Shown here: in pieces, positions 1 to 14,362 of the stretch
Position numbering within the stretch: position 1 is the first letter of the stretch
Layout of the letters: each line of letters opens with the position of its first letter
DNA from: Bugula neritina
Taxonomy: Eukaryota; Animalia; Bryozoa
NCBI GenBank assembly: GCA_964035545.1
Contig: OZ037773.1
Location: 5,795,751-5,859,750, forward strand
Direction of reading: 5' to 3'
Length of the DNA stretch: 64,000 nt
Notes under the pieces: model-generated
What the model saw: only the letters and a program-made list of their open reading frames with translations
Told to the model about the DNA's origin: nothing
The model's database searches: none
Made by a program: the position numbers and the translations under genes

Positions 1-546
1 TAAAAACGGGACTCAAATTGAAATATTTAAATAAAAGTTTCAACTCAAATTGAAATTGAAAGATTGGTGTGGTCAATAGACACAGCTGACAACACATATA
101 TTTAAAACTCAAATAATTGTGACTGTGGTAAATAATGACTTTGAGCTCGCAAATTACTCATATTCATGCTTTTGAGTGATTAGAAACAAAATGCAATGCC
201 GTAGTTGAAGTTTGAGGTTTCAGAAGCACAATGACAATGGCTTAGTCACAGTTCGCCATTCGATTTTAATAACCTCCAGTGAAAAAGAACCTTAGTTGCT
301 GTGCAACTAGTAGCGGATAAAGATTAACGACCGTGACCTAGTAAAAGAACCTTCAAATTTGATACTTTTAGAATGTGAGTTAACGTGTAACCTTCCACCA
401 CATAATTGACACTATTATGTCAAGGTAATGGTAAGCGGGAAAGTGTGTGAACAGTAAGGTTTCCAGTTATATAATCGGCAATACAGTTTGAGTTTATTAA
501 ACTTCAACTGCAGCTGACTTATTTGAGCAATTTTAACCCTTTAAGG

Positions 547-2950
547 ATGGCATGTGAAGAGAAAAATGTTAGAGTTAATGGCTCACAGCTACGTTCCAAC
601 GTTGGCAATCAGGTTTTGTTGTTGGGCAAAGGAATTCAGGTACTACTCTTCATAATCATATTCATGTTTACTTTGTCTTTTAGTTTTACTTTGAGTTGAT
701 GAATTTATTTGATAATATTAAATTTAATTCATATTCACAATTATTTCATATTCAATTTTATATTGATATTCAATTTTATTAGTATTACTGAGTAATATTG
801 ACATTTAATGTTTTAGCCACAATGAAGTTTCAGTTTGAGTTTGAGTGTCGCAAATCTATCAATTTCAATTTGACAATATGAATATGAAATTGAATATCAA
901 AATTCAAATTCAATACTATTATCTATCGTAATTTTGATCATTTTCATTAAATATCAAGTTAAGAATGTCAATTTGATTGTAATATTGTTTAACAATTAGG
1001 CTGAAATCTTGATCTTTGGCATTTGGCTTTGCCAAAACTCAAACTGATTAGTTTTTTTGCTTTGCACCTCTCACTTTGTCACTGGATTTCAACCTTGTGT
1101 TTTATCTTAAATTTTAGTCACTGATTTTAATTCAGTCGATGTGCATGTATATAACTGGTTTGTAGTAGTTAGTATATTATTTTTGTAGACATATTAATCT
1201 ATACGATTAATTGGGCAAGCACTTTTGATTATGAGACAGATTTTAACTTGAGGCTATGTTCTTCGAAAATTCAAAATAAGTTTAAATAGTATGAGCGTTT
1301 TCGGTTAAATTCAATTGATTAACTAAAAGTTTTAATGGTTTGATAAACTTTATTTATCTCTAAATTACTCAGAATATGTATTCAATTTTCCGCTTAAAAT
1401 ATGTTCTGCTAACTTGCACTAGTTGTTGATCCTTACTTGCTTGATTGATTGATTGGGCAGATTGGTTCAGCTAGCTAGTATTTACTGTTAGATTGAATGT
1501 CTTATGCTTTATTTAGTGTGGTAACATGTCCCTGAAGATGGAAGCTTGTGATGGACACAAAGTTGATGTTAAACTATTGCAACAGGTTTGTTCTGTAATT
1601 TTATTTTCCTTCTCAGATAATCAGCATATAAGTTGACAAGAAACTCTTTTTGATTAACACATTTATTTAATGTTTTTGACATAATTTTCTTCACTTCTTT
1701 ATTAGATATTAGATGGGTATGACCATTTTCAATCTTTTGGTCTTTTATATCAAGTGATGAACAGTTTCTGTTGTACTTATTTTTAAAGGAATAATTAATA
1801 TTTGAATTGAATGATTTGTGTGTGCAGAGTTATGTAATCGTGCTTAAAAATTTAGATGTTTTAAGGTTGTAAGAATTTCTGATGTAAATGCTTTAGTTTA
1901 AGTTGTAACAATAAAGAAGAGCAGGTTTTATTATGAAATTTTGTAAATTTGTCCAAATTTTAGTGTTTTATTATCAAATGAAATTAAATTACTAGTGATC
2001 AGTACAGGTTAGAATTATGCTAGTTTCAATATGATTTAGTCCTGTGATCCATGTAAAGTTTTTCAGTTTAATATAATGTATGTTGATAGTTTAAATATAC
2101 AAGTATTTTAAAATGGAGCTAATGGCCGAGTTTTCTGCCCATACAGCACCAATTTGCTTAGCAACCTCCCAGAAAAAAATAGTGGTTTTACTAAAAACTC
2201 TAACCACTCACTCATGAGCTATGCAGTGTTTAAAATTCTTATACCACACTTAATTTATGCCAGTTTTATTTGATTTTGGCCCAAGACTTTTTTAAAATGT
2301 TGGTACATGTTGAGTGAAAGGGAATTCCATCACATTTTCTTGTGTGCCTAAATTTATATTTTCAACCATTATTTTATTTGTGATTTTAATATAGCCTGAT
2401 GGCAACACAGCGTGTCACCTGGAGGTTGTGGGTACAGTCACCGGCCCGTCCTCTGTAACAGCTCGAGAAGTAACGCTCTATCCTGATTGGGACGGTGTGT
2501 TTGGTATGTAGATGTAAATGTGTTGAAATGTAGCAATCCATATTGTGAAACTGATATAATAGCAACTGATAGTAATAGATATAGCTAATATATAAGTGTA
2601 TGTGTGTGTGTCTAGATCTATGGCTACATGGCTACTGTGTATTGTCCGGTGAATTCACCAGCCACCCTTCCTTTCGGTAAACTGGTCTGTTGTGTGCCAA
2701 GTTTATGGCTGCCCACATCTAGTTCTTTTATCTCCAAAATTGTGTAATCTTTTAATCAAGATAGTTTATTATTCTTTAAATTGATTATTTACAATAAAAT
2801 AAAACTGGTTTAAATGCAGCTGTTTTCGCTAGTATTTAATGTATTATTGGTTCATTTTAATACTTGGCAGACATGGACACTTACAACTCAGCTTTGGAGA
2901 CGATACATTCAGATCAGAAACTGCAAGAATATGTTTTGGGCATGCATTGA
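547..2950 (+). CDS. RPA3: Replication protein A 14-kDa subunit (OB fold), 4 exons, 116 aa
   Basis: Exons 547-639, 1517-1585, 2395-2503, 2871-2950, all GT-AG and phase-compatible. They translate to MACEEKNVRVNGSQLRSNVGNQVLLLGKGIQ-CGNMSLKMEACDGHKVDVKLLQQ-PDGNTACHLEVVGTVTGPSSVTAREVTLYPDWDGVF-DMDTYNSALETIHSDQKLQEYVLGMH*. Matches RPA3 motifs RIN..ML...V.F.G, SDG, VEVVG.V and FD...YN.A...IH. Confidence 0.9.
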
Positions 2951-5900
2951 GACGCACACACATTTGGCTCGGCATAAAATCTCTGTGTAGAAATATGAGT
3001 GAAGTTACTTGTAACTTTATATTGTCTCTTGCTTCATGTTTTTTTAAGAGTTTATTTGTTGTTTGCATAAAAATAAGTTTCTGTAAACTCTACTAATTAA
3101 TATTTCAATAAGTTGTCTTTTTGTGCAAGTGCTGATGTCTTATTTTTCATTTTTATCAACCTGCCACATGTATATAGTATATTGTGTTTTATATGTTTAA
3201 ATGCTGAGGGTCACATTTATTTACTGTACCTTTGATGTGTTTTCTCATGAATAATTCAGTCGCATTGTAGTTTCATTTAAAGAATCACAAAATTGTAAAT
3301 ACTGATTTCTCACACCAAGATGTAAGTGCTTCATATGACAATAAAGCTTTGTGAGTTGTCTAAACTCTGTTGATTATCATGAAGACTATGACCAAGCTGC
3401 AGAAACACAAGTTGTGAGTGCTGGGAGTTATGTTCCCGTTGCAAAAGAATTCAGCACCCACTCTACCCCATGTATAACACAGGAACAGCTGTTGAGGGAC
3501 AATTTGTGTGAATTAAGGATTCCTCAACAAGATATAGGGTAAATGACCTTAGCCCTGTCATACATGTGTAACATTTCAAGTGTTCTACAAATCTGGGGCT
3601 AGAATTGCAATGGGGCTTGAAATTTTCTATCATTGGCATTGGGTTAACTCCAGGCTGCACTACGGTTATTCTTGTAGAGTGTATTGTGATTGGATAGAAG
3701 GTGCTATGACTTCATTTCCCGTGACATCTCCTAAAACTCTTTAAATTTTCAAACCTATTAGACGAGTAGCTAGTATATATAATTTGTATACCTGTTAATT
3801 ATTATGCAGATTTTAAATTGAACTTAATAAAGCTATTATATTTTTGAAATGCCAGGGATTGCGAAGGTAAAGCTGCTTTACTCCATGAATTCAGTCACCA
3901 ACTAGATGACGTATAAAAGCACTTCAAGCATGTAAACGCCACTCTTCTGCCTTGAATTCGGCAGTTGCCTGGTTGATGGATATCACAATTTTAGTGTCAC
4001 AAAATGATTAACATTGTCCATTACTGTCCTACGTTGAAAGCAGGCAGTCGTTTCTACATAATTGATGAGTATCAAAACTTAGTGAGCCCTAGGATTGTAT
4101 TGTTTAACTCGAATGGGAATTTGCTAGAGCCCAGGCTACTGCCAATAGAATAGATTCACAGACTACAGTCTGTCATACTCAGACCCAATAGCAAAGTGTG
4201 CTTCAATCAAATACAATCCCAGACTACAATATCTGAATTCACATACTCTGACATCACAATAGCAAAGTGTGCTTCATCTAGTAGTCATATGGAGAATAAT
4301 TAGATTCTTAACTTTCCTCTGCCTAATATGTTTCTATTCGTCTCTCTTCCTATCACAGATTAGCTTCTAAACTGTACTTGACATTATGTAACCACATCAT
4401 TTAAACAGCAGCAGGAGATTAGCCCAGTGTTCTACAGCTAAATTTTTGTCAATGGAGCGGTAGGTCAGCCTATCAAACTTAATAAGAGATTTGCAACTAG
4501 TTCCTCAGCCATTAATTATAAATTGGTTGTCTATAGTGCAATATTTCATCTTAAAAGCAAAACTTTGGTTGCATGATTGAATTATTGTCATTTTAGAATA
4601 AAACTGCCTTCAAGTCATGTCATCGCTCAAAATTGTAAATATTACAGTTTCAACATCGTAAATAAGTTAGCGAATCCGAACTTGCAATCAAAGTGTTGGG
4701 TTTCATCCGTTGATAGCTACGTACATGCCTTTCTATAATGCACAAGTGCAAATTTTTGCTTTTCAGCTTTCAGTTTAGGTTTTGGTTTAGAATCGATAGC
4801 TTGCTTTAAGGAACTGATATATGTGCAGCTTATCAAGCAAAAAATGTAATTTTATGCTTAACACAGGTTGGACAAAAATCACAAGCCTGCACCAATATCT
4901 GGAAAACTGATTAAATCTAGAGGTCAAAATAAATATACAATAAACTATATTTTAAGCTTCAAACAAAAAGCAATTGCAAGTTTGAAACAGTTATATATGT
5001 ACTTGTAGCTTTGCACTTGAACAAGTATGTTTTATGTATAGTCTTATGGTTTAATGCATAGGCTACTTTAAGAGCATCTTATTAACTTTATGACAAAGCA
5101 CTTGTGATCACTTCTTGCCTATCATCAAATATTTCTAAAATTAATTTATATTATGATTTGCACGTACTAGTACAATGTTAATAATCTATGTAAAATACAT
5201 TCTTACAATTGCTTGCATTCAATTGTCTATGTTATGGTGCTCATCTCAAATTACCGCATGTTTGTAAACTGTTAAATGCAGTGATAACAGCTACACTTAG
5301 AATAGTTATTTCTTCATTCGCCATAGCAAAATGCTGCATTATATAGATAACTTTCATAACCATAAGCATAGCGAGTGCTAACAGTTTATGCTGGTTCATT
5401 GTTGATTGATTACTCAATTTCTTCATTGCTATGGCAACCTTCACATGATGGTAAAATAGTATTCTAACTTGCTGATAGTTTGGATACATTTACACTTCTC
5501 CCGTGCCTCGCGACCAACTCGAAACTGTGAGCTCAAGAAAAAGCTAGTATGTAAGTATTTTGGATTTGCTTATAAAATAGATTTTTATGACAAAGTCTGT
5601 AGACCTCAATGAGAATACATAGAGATCAATACGTATAAAAGTTTAGGATAAGAATAATGGCATCCTTGGAAGAGAATATGTACCACCCTGTTTGCATATT
5701 GTATAATCAGGACTTGTTAATTACATGCAATGCTGTTGTGCCCTGGTTTTGCCGAGACTTAAGGTGAAAACAATAGAAACTTCCTTTGATTTTTATTCAA
5801 ATTAGATCAAAATTAGGTTACAATACAAAGTCATTATCTATGTACTTTTTCAAAATAATTAGAGCTGTCCTTTACAATTCATGTTGACAGAACTAAAGGA

Positions 5901-7179
5901 TACTTAGTAATACATGAATATGTTTAAAGTTATTATAGCAATGGGTCTAAGTGAAAAAACCACCATTGTGCACAGAGCAAAGTAAAATTAAGTAGGAGGG
6001 GATGTCATCTATGAAATTGTTGGAAGATATTAAGTTATATAATTGTTATACAATAATTGAAATTAAAGGCTTTTGAACAATCTGCTATTGAGAATGGAGA
6101 CCTTAAGGCTATAACTCATGTGGGATCCCTACTACTATAGGTTCTGAAAGTTAGTTTCTTTGAACAAGATTTGACTGTGACGTCTGCAGATTTGGCTGCA
6201 ATTCTTGACATCCTAATTCTTGTACTGTAACTTCTGCTAAGATTTGCTAAGTGGTGCCAATCTCGTCCACATCATTTGTATGTCACTCTGAGCTTAATTG
6301 GGCCAAAATGACGTGCAATCTTGAGTTTGCTTCCAATATCACGCGGTTCTTGGCTCCTTTACTGAAAGTCCTCCAGGGTTCTGAATTGAAACTCTACATG
6401 CCAAGGGAACCCTTCAAGACAGGCTAGAAAGTTTTTTTCTTACATGTCTGGAAGTTCCATTTTTCAGTATTGTATGGCGCTAAACAATACAGATAAATAA
6501 TAAAAGGGGCAAATAGTTTTGGGTTCATATCTCGAGCTGTATATAAGTTTTCACGTCTAGAGAGGCTAATCTTTGACATATATCTTGTTTTATGAGTTCC
6601 CCAACACCTTTTAAGATTACTTCATCTGATGTGACCGTATAGCTGGCTATTAGCTGATGACTGCATTCTTTTAGTAGAACTGTGTCTGTTAAGTTATACT
6701 ATGCGCCTGTAACTAGATAATTTATGCATGAATAATAAATTTTTGTTCTGATATTTAAAAGTCAAATGGGGTGTATCTACAAGTTTTGACACTTGACTCT
6801 CATAAATTACACTGCAACTACGTTATAAATGTTATCATATATTTTTCATTCTCAAACATCTTATTATAGTGGCTTCCTATAACATAATTCACCTTGTCTT
6901 ATATTCATTGTAAAATACTAACTAAAATTAGCATGTGATTAAACCATTCATGATTCATTTCTGTGTTGAAATCTTTGCATCACTACAACTTGCGGGCAGT
7001 TGCTAGCAGGTAGTTGCTAGTGCTATTAACTTTAGGCTTACCTGACACATGAGTCAACCAGCCATGGTTTGTCAACTTAAGTCAAAACAATAGATTACAA
7101 GGATTAAAGTTTGAGTCATAATGTTACTAGCTGTTGGCTGGTGGTGTGTCAGCAATACAGGTTGTAGAAATTCAACGTA

Positions 7180-7385
7180 CAGTGCTAGCTCCCTCCGTAT
7201 CTCACTGAGCTATGAGTGCTCAATTCGTAACATAGTAGAATACCCGATTTATTTTCCGGATTCATTAAATTGGGCCCTTTGTCCCTAAACACACATACAT
7301 AAGCTACAAAACGAGGGTCCAATCCCTTCTCGTGACCTATAGAATTTTGTGAGAAATGAATCAGTGAGATATGGAAGAAGCACTG
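7180..7385 (-). mobile_element. Tc1/mariner (pogo/Tigger-type) MITE, diverged copy
   Basis: TA|CAGTGCTAGCTCCCTCCGTAT ... ATATGGAAGAAGCACTG|TA. The interior is the reverse complement of the 10011-10245 element. Confidence 0.8.
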
Positions 7386-9054
7386 TACCATAATGATGTT
7401 TTCTCAGTTAATCGCTAAAACCCGAAGTGATAGTTTTTTATTACCAGAGGAATTTCTCAGTTTAGTTCATAGTTCAGACAATACCTTCCACTAGCAAATA
7501 CTAACAGAGTATATATTATCCAAATCATATAGATATCGGTTCATCTTGGATGAAGGCATATGTGTTCATACATTTAGCAATTATCTGGCACTTTAACTAT
7601 CTTTTCTAGCTTTTCTGGTTTTCTAGAACTTGCGTTACTCTCCTGGTGTTACGGACTTGCAATGTTTATTGCTTCATTTCCTCCTTTGCCCTGTAGGCAA
7701 TGTCATGTAACATAGTGTGGTGTGAAGAACTGGGCTACTATACCTGGTCTAACTGTATGTATTACTTTAAAAGCATATGCTAATTCATGTTACTGCATAT
7801 TTGCAGTAATTCATTGTTCTGTACTGCATGCGTTTATAAAATGCTTTTCTATTCCTCCTTTTTATATATTTTCTATAAATATTTTGAAAATGGTTTTGCA
7901 AATTACCAATAATAATTCTACTTGATGGAATTGATAGCAACTGAAGCCTTTTTTTACTTAAAATCCTTTGACATCTATAATTGATTCTCACACCATCTAA
8001 AAGCAATAGTTATACGTGATTCTTTTAGATAAAAGTATTGAATATGTTCTTTGGTGATTCCTATATCGTCATACAAAGTATAAATAACTGGACTGTAGAT
8101 AATTAAGCCAGTAGGCTACAAGTTTGCATTTAAAAACAAACTAGTAACGTACAAGCCAGCTTTAAATAGAGTTACCTACAAACTTAACACTAAAACTAAA
8201 CTATTTTGTATTATAATAATTAACTCCAATGTTATGCCTTATTTCTAAAGTTGGCCCACACCCAGCTTTCAGCGGAATGAGCTAGCAGCGAAATCAATGG
8301 ATCGATCACGTATTCTGATAAATAAGTTACTCTAAATTTTCCATTCTTCAGTAATTAATATTAATAATATACAAGAATCTTTATTTATTTGAATTTGATA
8401 CGAGCTTCCAGGGTTACCTTGGCTATCTATCTTAATAATTCGATTTGAATAACCATCTTATACAGGTCACATGACTTGTCAAGGATGTACTGCTTCGATT
8501 AGAAATGCAAATGCTTTGAAATTTCAATATTTAATATGATCCCTTATGTTTTTCAGCAGCTCCAGTGCATATTTATTCATTAGAATAAAAATCATCAACA
8601 CTTCAAGGTTTAACGGGTTCTGAGCCAAAATTCTGTCACATTTTTTACTATTCTTTTGAGCTTCTGATGCGTTGCGGCAAGTGTGGCATATGGCGTTAGT
8701 CATCCGTATATTATCAAACCCTTCATGTACGTCCAACTTAACTCGATCTCTAGTTCTTCTTATAGCATTAGTGCATGTTTCCCTAAGTAATGAGGACTTA
8801 CTAGTATTTGTTTGTTAATGAGCAATAATTATATGAAATATCAAGGAAAGAAGGAAATAGACCTGTTGTAGGCTACACAAAACAGAGATATTAGTTCTAC
8901 CAACAGTTGGTGTATGCATTCAACATACTGTGTTACTCTTCTTCACCCCTTCATCTGCCATTTAACTTATTGCAGTTTGTAAACTTATAGGGTATGAACT
9001 ACAAGCTGCTGTAACAAGGTTTTTAATTCTGGCATCACCAGTAGCCTTGAATTT

Positions 9055-9196
9055 AGCCACCTCCCCTTAGCCCCATAACTCTGGCCCCCTCCCCTTAGCC
9101 CCATAACTCTATAGCCACTTTCCCTTAGTCCCATAACTCTAGCCCCCTCCCCTTAGCCCCATAACTCTAGCCCCCTCTCCTTAGTACCATAACTCT
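9055..9196. repeat. 28-bp C-rich minisatellite, ~5 copies
   Basis: Unit AGCCCCCTCCCCTTAGCCCCATAACTCT. Confidence 0.9.
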
Positions 9197-10010
9197 AGCT
9201 TAAGTGTGTTTTCGTCTGTAAATTCATTTGTTAGAAGCTTCAATTGGCAGTCAGCAGCTTGAAATACTGCATACTAATTTCTATGGCCTCATTTTTCCAA
9301 TAAACACTACTTTAGGGCTTTTTTCAGAAAAGCATTCTGCATTTTCTTGTTATGTTTACAATAGGGCATGCAAGCAGAACTTCATACTAAAGCTTACTAT
9401 AGCTATATGCTGTGTTTTCTCTCTACAACTATAGCATGTTGTAGAGAGTTGTGTTCTGTTTTGTACAATGTTCCACCCTGTGGAATGTCTGCTATCACCT
9501 ACTTATGTTATCTGTAGACTGGATCGAGAGACAATAAAAAGGTTGATAGAGCTAAACTGATTAAATGGCTGTACATTCATAGAGATAACTCCAAACTCAT
9601 AAGCTAAAATAGGTGTAAGATGCCAATATAGATCTTATAATGAATTTTTAGTAGAATGACTTGAATATAACTCACTAGATATGAAGAGCTGTTATAGTTT
9701 AGATCAAACTCTTTCACAACTACCTAACAAACAACGCAATTTCCAAGCTTACTATTTTTTACAGAAAATGCTGGTAGCGTAGTTCATACATTACTCATTT
9801 AACATATATGCAAGTATATATGTTATGAGTTACGCAGTAATATGTTATCATTCACCTGTTACACTAAACCCACTTCCTAACAATTTATCATTTTAGTTTA
9901 CATTCTATACATCATGCTAGCAAATGCTTTACTATAGTCATCAATTTTCACTTTTTCCTTGATGGTATACGGGTAAGCTTTTTTCCCTGGTTTTGTGTGG
10001 AAATACAATA

Positions 10011-10245
10011 CAGTGCTCCCTCCATATCTCACAGATTCATTTCTCACGAAATTCCATAGGTCACGAGAAAAGCTTGGACCATGGTTTTGTGGCTTGTGTA
10101 TGTGTGTATAGGGACAAAATGGCTGAGTTTAATGGATCCGCGAGCTAAATGTGATATTCTACTATATGTCACGAATTGAGGCTTCGAGAACTCACTAAAT
10201 TGCGGTTCCTGAAACCTCAATTCGTGACATATGGAGGGAGCACTG
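10011..10245 (+). mobile_element. Tc1/mariner (pogo/Tigger-type) MITE
   Basis: 17-bp perfect terminal inverted repeats CAGTGCTCCCTCCATAT / ATATGGAGGGAGCACTG, TA on both flanks, no ORF, second copy at 7180-7385. Confidence 0.9.
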
Positions 10246-13200
10246 TAATATCATTATACTTGCAGAATGCATTAAATGTAAGGAGTTGTCATCACTCAGA
10301 TTCTATTTTTATAGCAGGTGCAGTCTAATAATAGAATAGTTATTTATGTGTAGCTCAACAAACTTGCTTCCATTAAATTTTAGTAACATTTTTTTGTGCT
10401 TTAATAGGAAATTGAAATTTTAATTTATTATATCAGCCTGGGCTCTCTTAAACACTTTTACTGCCCTAGTCATTTTATAGTCACATCCTCAATGAAAACG
10501 CCCCTCTAGTTTTTTTTGCTGAAACTTGTGGTTATATTCATGACATTGTCGTTTTAAATTTAGACCAGGGCTACACTGCAATATATTTCATAAAGTCTAA
10601 AAAGTTAGGGTATTAGATATAATGTAAAGGTATAACTGTTGCCATTAAACATTTTCTGAAAAATTTGGTTTCCTATAAATATACTCTTTGATTTATTTGT
10701 GTTATTAATTATTGTCAAAATGAGTTCAAATCAACCAATATAAAACCTGCAGATGGTTTAACAATTTATGTGTCTATAGCATGGGCTATTTAACATTTCA
10801 AGACTGCTCTATTTTTATTGCAAATTTAATTTTCTGTATTCATTTATTTCCTATTGAATTTAAACTTACCCATTCCAGCCTACATATACTTCAGCTGCAC
10901 TAATAGACAGTCTATTGACTGTATTCTCTTTGTATTTGCTACAAGCCCTAGCATGAGCTCTATGTAAAATCTTTTTGAGTAAAAAGTGATGTAGTTTGAG
11001 CCCCAATCCTAAATCCCATACTGTACTAAGGAGGCCCTGAAAGAACATCTGCAGCTATAGTCTAAAAATAAATTTGTAACAGACTGATTACTTCAGCATA
11101 TTATTGTAAACTGAATTCTTCAAGAACATACAGCTTGGCTAATATTATTTTAAGTTTGGTCAAAAAGTTTAATCTTGGGCAAGAATAATTATTGTTTTTC
11201 ATTGCAAGTATATAAAATAGCTAGTACTTTTATTTGCATTGAAAAAACAGCTCTAAAACTCAGGTTTTCCTTGTTTTCAATTTGATTATGATGCACTGCT
11301 GAGGTTAATTCAAAATCTCAACAAATATAAGTGGTGACTGTAGGTATATTAGTCATATGATAGATCATATAGTAGAAGTAGTGGCTTATTATAAAAGTTT
11401 TTTTGCCACCAAACAGGTTTTGTAGATCATGAAACTTTTTAGCAAAGTTGTAGCGATTGCACCAATAAAATAAGTTTCATGGTATGGCCTCCTTTCCCCA
11501 AATGCTGAATGAATTAATAAACTCATGCAAGTTAAGTTATATGACCTACATGAGATCATTTTTAAAGATAATACCCTCTCATATTAATAAAATATGTACA
11601 GTGAGCATATTATTTTGCTTCGAGTGAGTGATTTTTAACTTTATCTCTGTGATCATTATACAGAAAAATACTTTTTAGAATCTGACTTTGAAGTTACGCA
11701 TGCCCTCATGCATGTACATTATGCAGAGTAATACTGGCTGTATAAAGTAGGTTTTATGTTTTGAGTCTTATCACCAGATAGCAGTACTTTCTGCAATACA
11801 GTTTATTTTTAGTCCGTTCATCGACCTTTATCCCTTTTATTCTTAATATATCTGCACTGAAAGTTGGCAACGTCTCCCATTTAAAGTGTTATACTGGTAA
11901 CATAATATTGCATGTTATTCAGTGTAAATTGTAACACTATAATTTATTAGCAACAAAACCTACCCACCATAACAACTATATGTGTTGTAATCCGAAATGC
12001 AAACTGTTTTGTTTGATTGTTTTGACTAAAAGTTCTGCAGTTGCCCAGCATTATGTTCAGTTAGTTATAAGGGAGTTCTGTCAAACATTTCTAGTTACCT
12101 AAGCTGTAATAATAACATAGTAATAGTACCTCAAACACCTCTAAGGTGTCTACATGAGGTGGGAAGGGTTCAAGAGTTTCAAGGATTCAGTCAATTTACT
12201 GATTATATGTTGTCATTCAACAACAGTAGTGGAGAAATATTAATAGCCCAAGTTTTAGTTTGGGGAAGTTGCAAGTTTGTGGTGTGTGATAAAAATAGGA
12301 AGTAGCGCCGGTTGCAGGAGAAGAAAACTCTACCAAGTCTACTGCAGTAACCTAGTGCTGGGCAAGTTAGGGGTTTGATTGTTTGGCTATTTCAAGTTAG
12401 ACTTAATTTATGATTAAGCCATATCATGCGCATGTGTAAAGGAGGGAGTGTTTAGTTATCAGAATAATGGCAATGATTGATTATACTGTGCCGCAGTTTA
12501 TTGGATATTAATACTTTGTGATTATTATAATTTATGATGGATTTTATAATAAAAAAGAGTTGTTGGAATAGCTACTTTTTTTGGTTAATAAGTTTCCCAT
12601 TATTTTATTCTGTGAACTACAGCAGCTATGTTATAATTTTGCTAGAACTGATATTGCTGCTACTCAGCCATTCAGCTACACCTTTATTATACTGGCTGAT
12701 GTGTTAATTGATCAACCCAACACCTATGATAAACAAATCTTTGGTAAAAAGTAAATAAAATCGGCATGCCTCTGTACACTCCTACAATAATTATAGTAAA
12801 CATGAATGAATGAAAACATGGGATTGTTTTGTGTGTCTAATCATGGCCCATTACCCTTTTATATTCACCTGCTGTAGTGTACTTGAAGCAGAGCATTTAT
12901 TTCTGAGGTCATTAGGACAGCATCAGCATAAAGTTCATGCTGACTGCTGCCTCATTTCTCTGTTCACACCAGCTGACATTTACTCTGTTATAAAGACATT
13001 TTATTACAGACTGTACAGATTTATATGGCTGAAGAATTTATAATCCCTAGACTTGGATCTTAAACTGCAACCTACTTGTAGACAGTGAGGAGGTTCCATA
13101 GTCTACCCAAACTCAAAGACTATTGAGATACAAAGCTACACTTCTTAGCAGGTATATACCTTAAGTAGCATCGTTTAGTGCATCAATAGATGCATGTTTT

Positions 13201-13848
13201 AGTAAGTGTAAGTGTAAGTTGGCCTAGTTAGATTTTATCTTTACGGTACTGCCGGAAAAAGTAAGTTAATTTTGTAAATTTTTCAAACCTAAAGAATGTT
13301 AAACTTATTTTAGACAGGTTTAACTGAGGAAAAAGGTTTTTGATCTTTTCTTTTTATTATCTCTGCATGCAGCAGATTGACAACTTTCAATAGACAATGG
13401 TTTTAATCATCGGGTTTTTGCTTTAATTACATAAAAGTACAGCAGTGATCACAAACTGTGGTTGCCATAGTGAAGTATAAACAAACAACAGCTATATAAG
13501 TAAGCTTGTACTTTATATGCATATATTATGGGGCTATTTCTCATCAATTACATCATATTGTAACACAATGTCATATATGATATAATGTCCTATCATGTTT
13601 TATAAGTTATCATATCGTAGCAATACATTTTATTACAACATGGTGATACGATATCGTATATTATTTCATGAGTTTATTGTCAGCCTCTCTTTGAAACTTA
13701 TCTGCTTAGTCTACATGTAGAAAAGTTGGCAAAGTTGATTCCTGCTTACATTTAGCCAATAAAACACTGTCTGGCATCGAGAGGTTAAGGGGAACAATTT
13801 TGAAAGCACCACATACGGCAGCTAGATTAGGCTTAGCTTCAATCTGTG

Positions 13849-13852
13849 ACAC

Positions 13853-13922
<70 letters not shown>

Positions 13923-13959
13923 ACGCACACGCACACGCACACGCACACGCACACACACA
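13849..13959. repeat. (CA)n / (CACACG)n microsatellite
   Basis: Directly visible; produces the spurious CVCV ORF. Confidence 0.97.
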
Positions 13960-14071
13960 TAACTCTAGATAATTTATGAAATTCCTGTTACGAAAAGCTT
14001 TGACATGGCAGTGACTGTGACATCATGCCTTACATAACACAGGCAACTCTATAGTCTATAGAAACTTGATA

Positions 14072-14090
14072 GGGGGGGGGGGGGGGGGGG
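14072..14090. repeat. poly-G run (19 nt)
   Basis: Directly visible. Confidence 0.9.
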
Positions 14091-14362
14091 TTCTGTTCAG
14101 TGAGCATCTATTCTCCTTAGCCACAACTTCTCTCTCAGCCTAAACATATAATACATAGCACTACTGATTGTCATGTTAGCTGCTATTTGCTCTAGTTGCC
14201 ATTATTGAAGTCAGTAATTAAGTCTATTTGTTATGATTTATATAGGGTTGACAACTCTTCATCTAAACTGTTGTAATTATTGATTTGAAATGTCTAAATA
14301 GAACATTCTGCTGTGTTTTAATTGATTTAGCCTCAATTATTTTTTCATTTTTTTAAGGAGCT

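Noticed and set aside
150-260. Possible divergent first exon on the minus strand upstream of RPA3
   Set aside because: Only a few codons before a GTAATT; no supporting homology within the window.
3351-3660. ORFs 3351+ and 3463- (LKCYTC resembles a Ly6/three-finger start)
   Set aside because: The remaining Ly6 cysteine pattern and a signal exon are absent.
3850-4150. FYIIDEYQ, Walker-B-like, suggesting a viral helicase fossil
   Set aside because: No intact Walker A or motif III, and frequent stops; needs tBLASTx to revisit.
6100-6490. Coding-like composition on the minus strand
   Set aside because: Multiple stops and no recognisable domain; possibly decayed transposon.
8524-8736. 70-aa minus-strand ORF with CxxC
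   Set aside because: A single CxxC is insufficient; non-ATG start; no family recognised.
13706-13960. CVCV-repeat ORF (likewise the SLTH ORF at 27458 and FVGN ORF at 15892)
   Set aside because: Translations of simple repeats.
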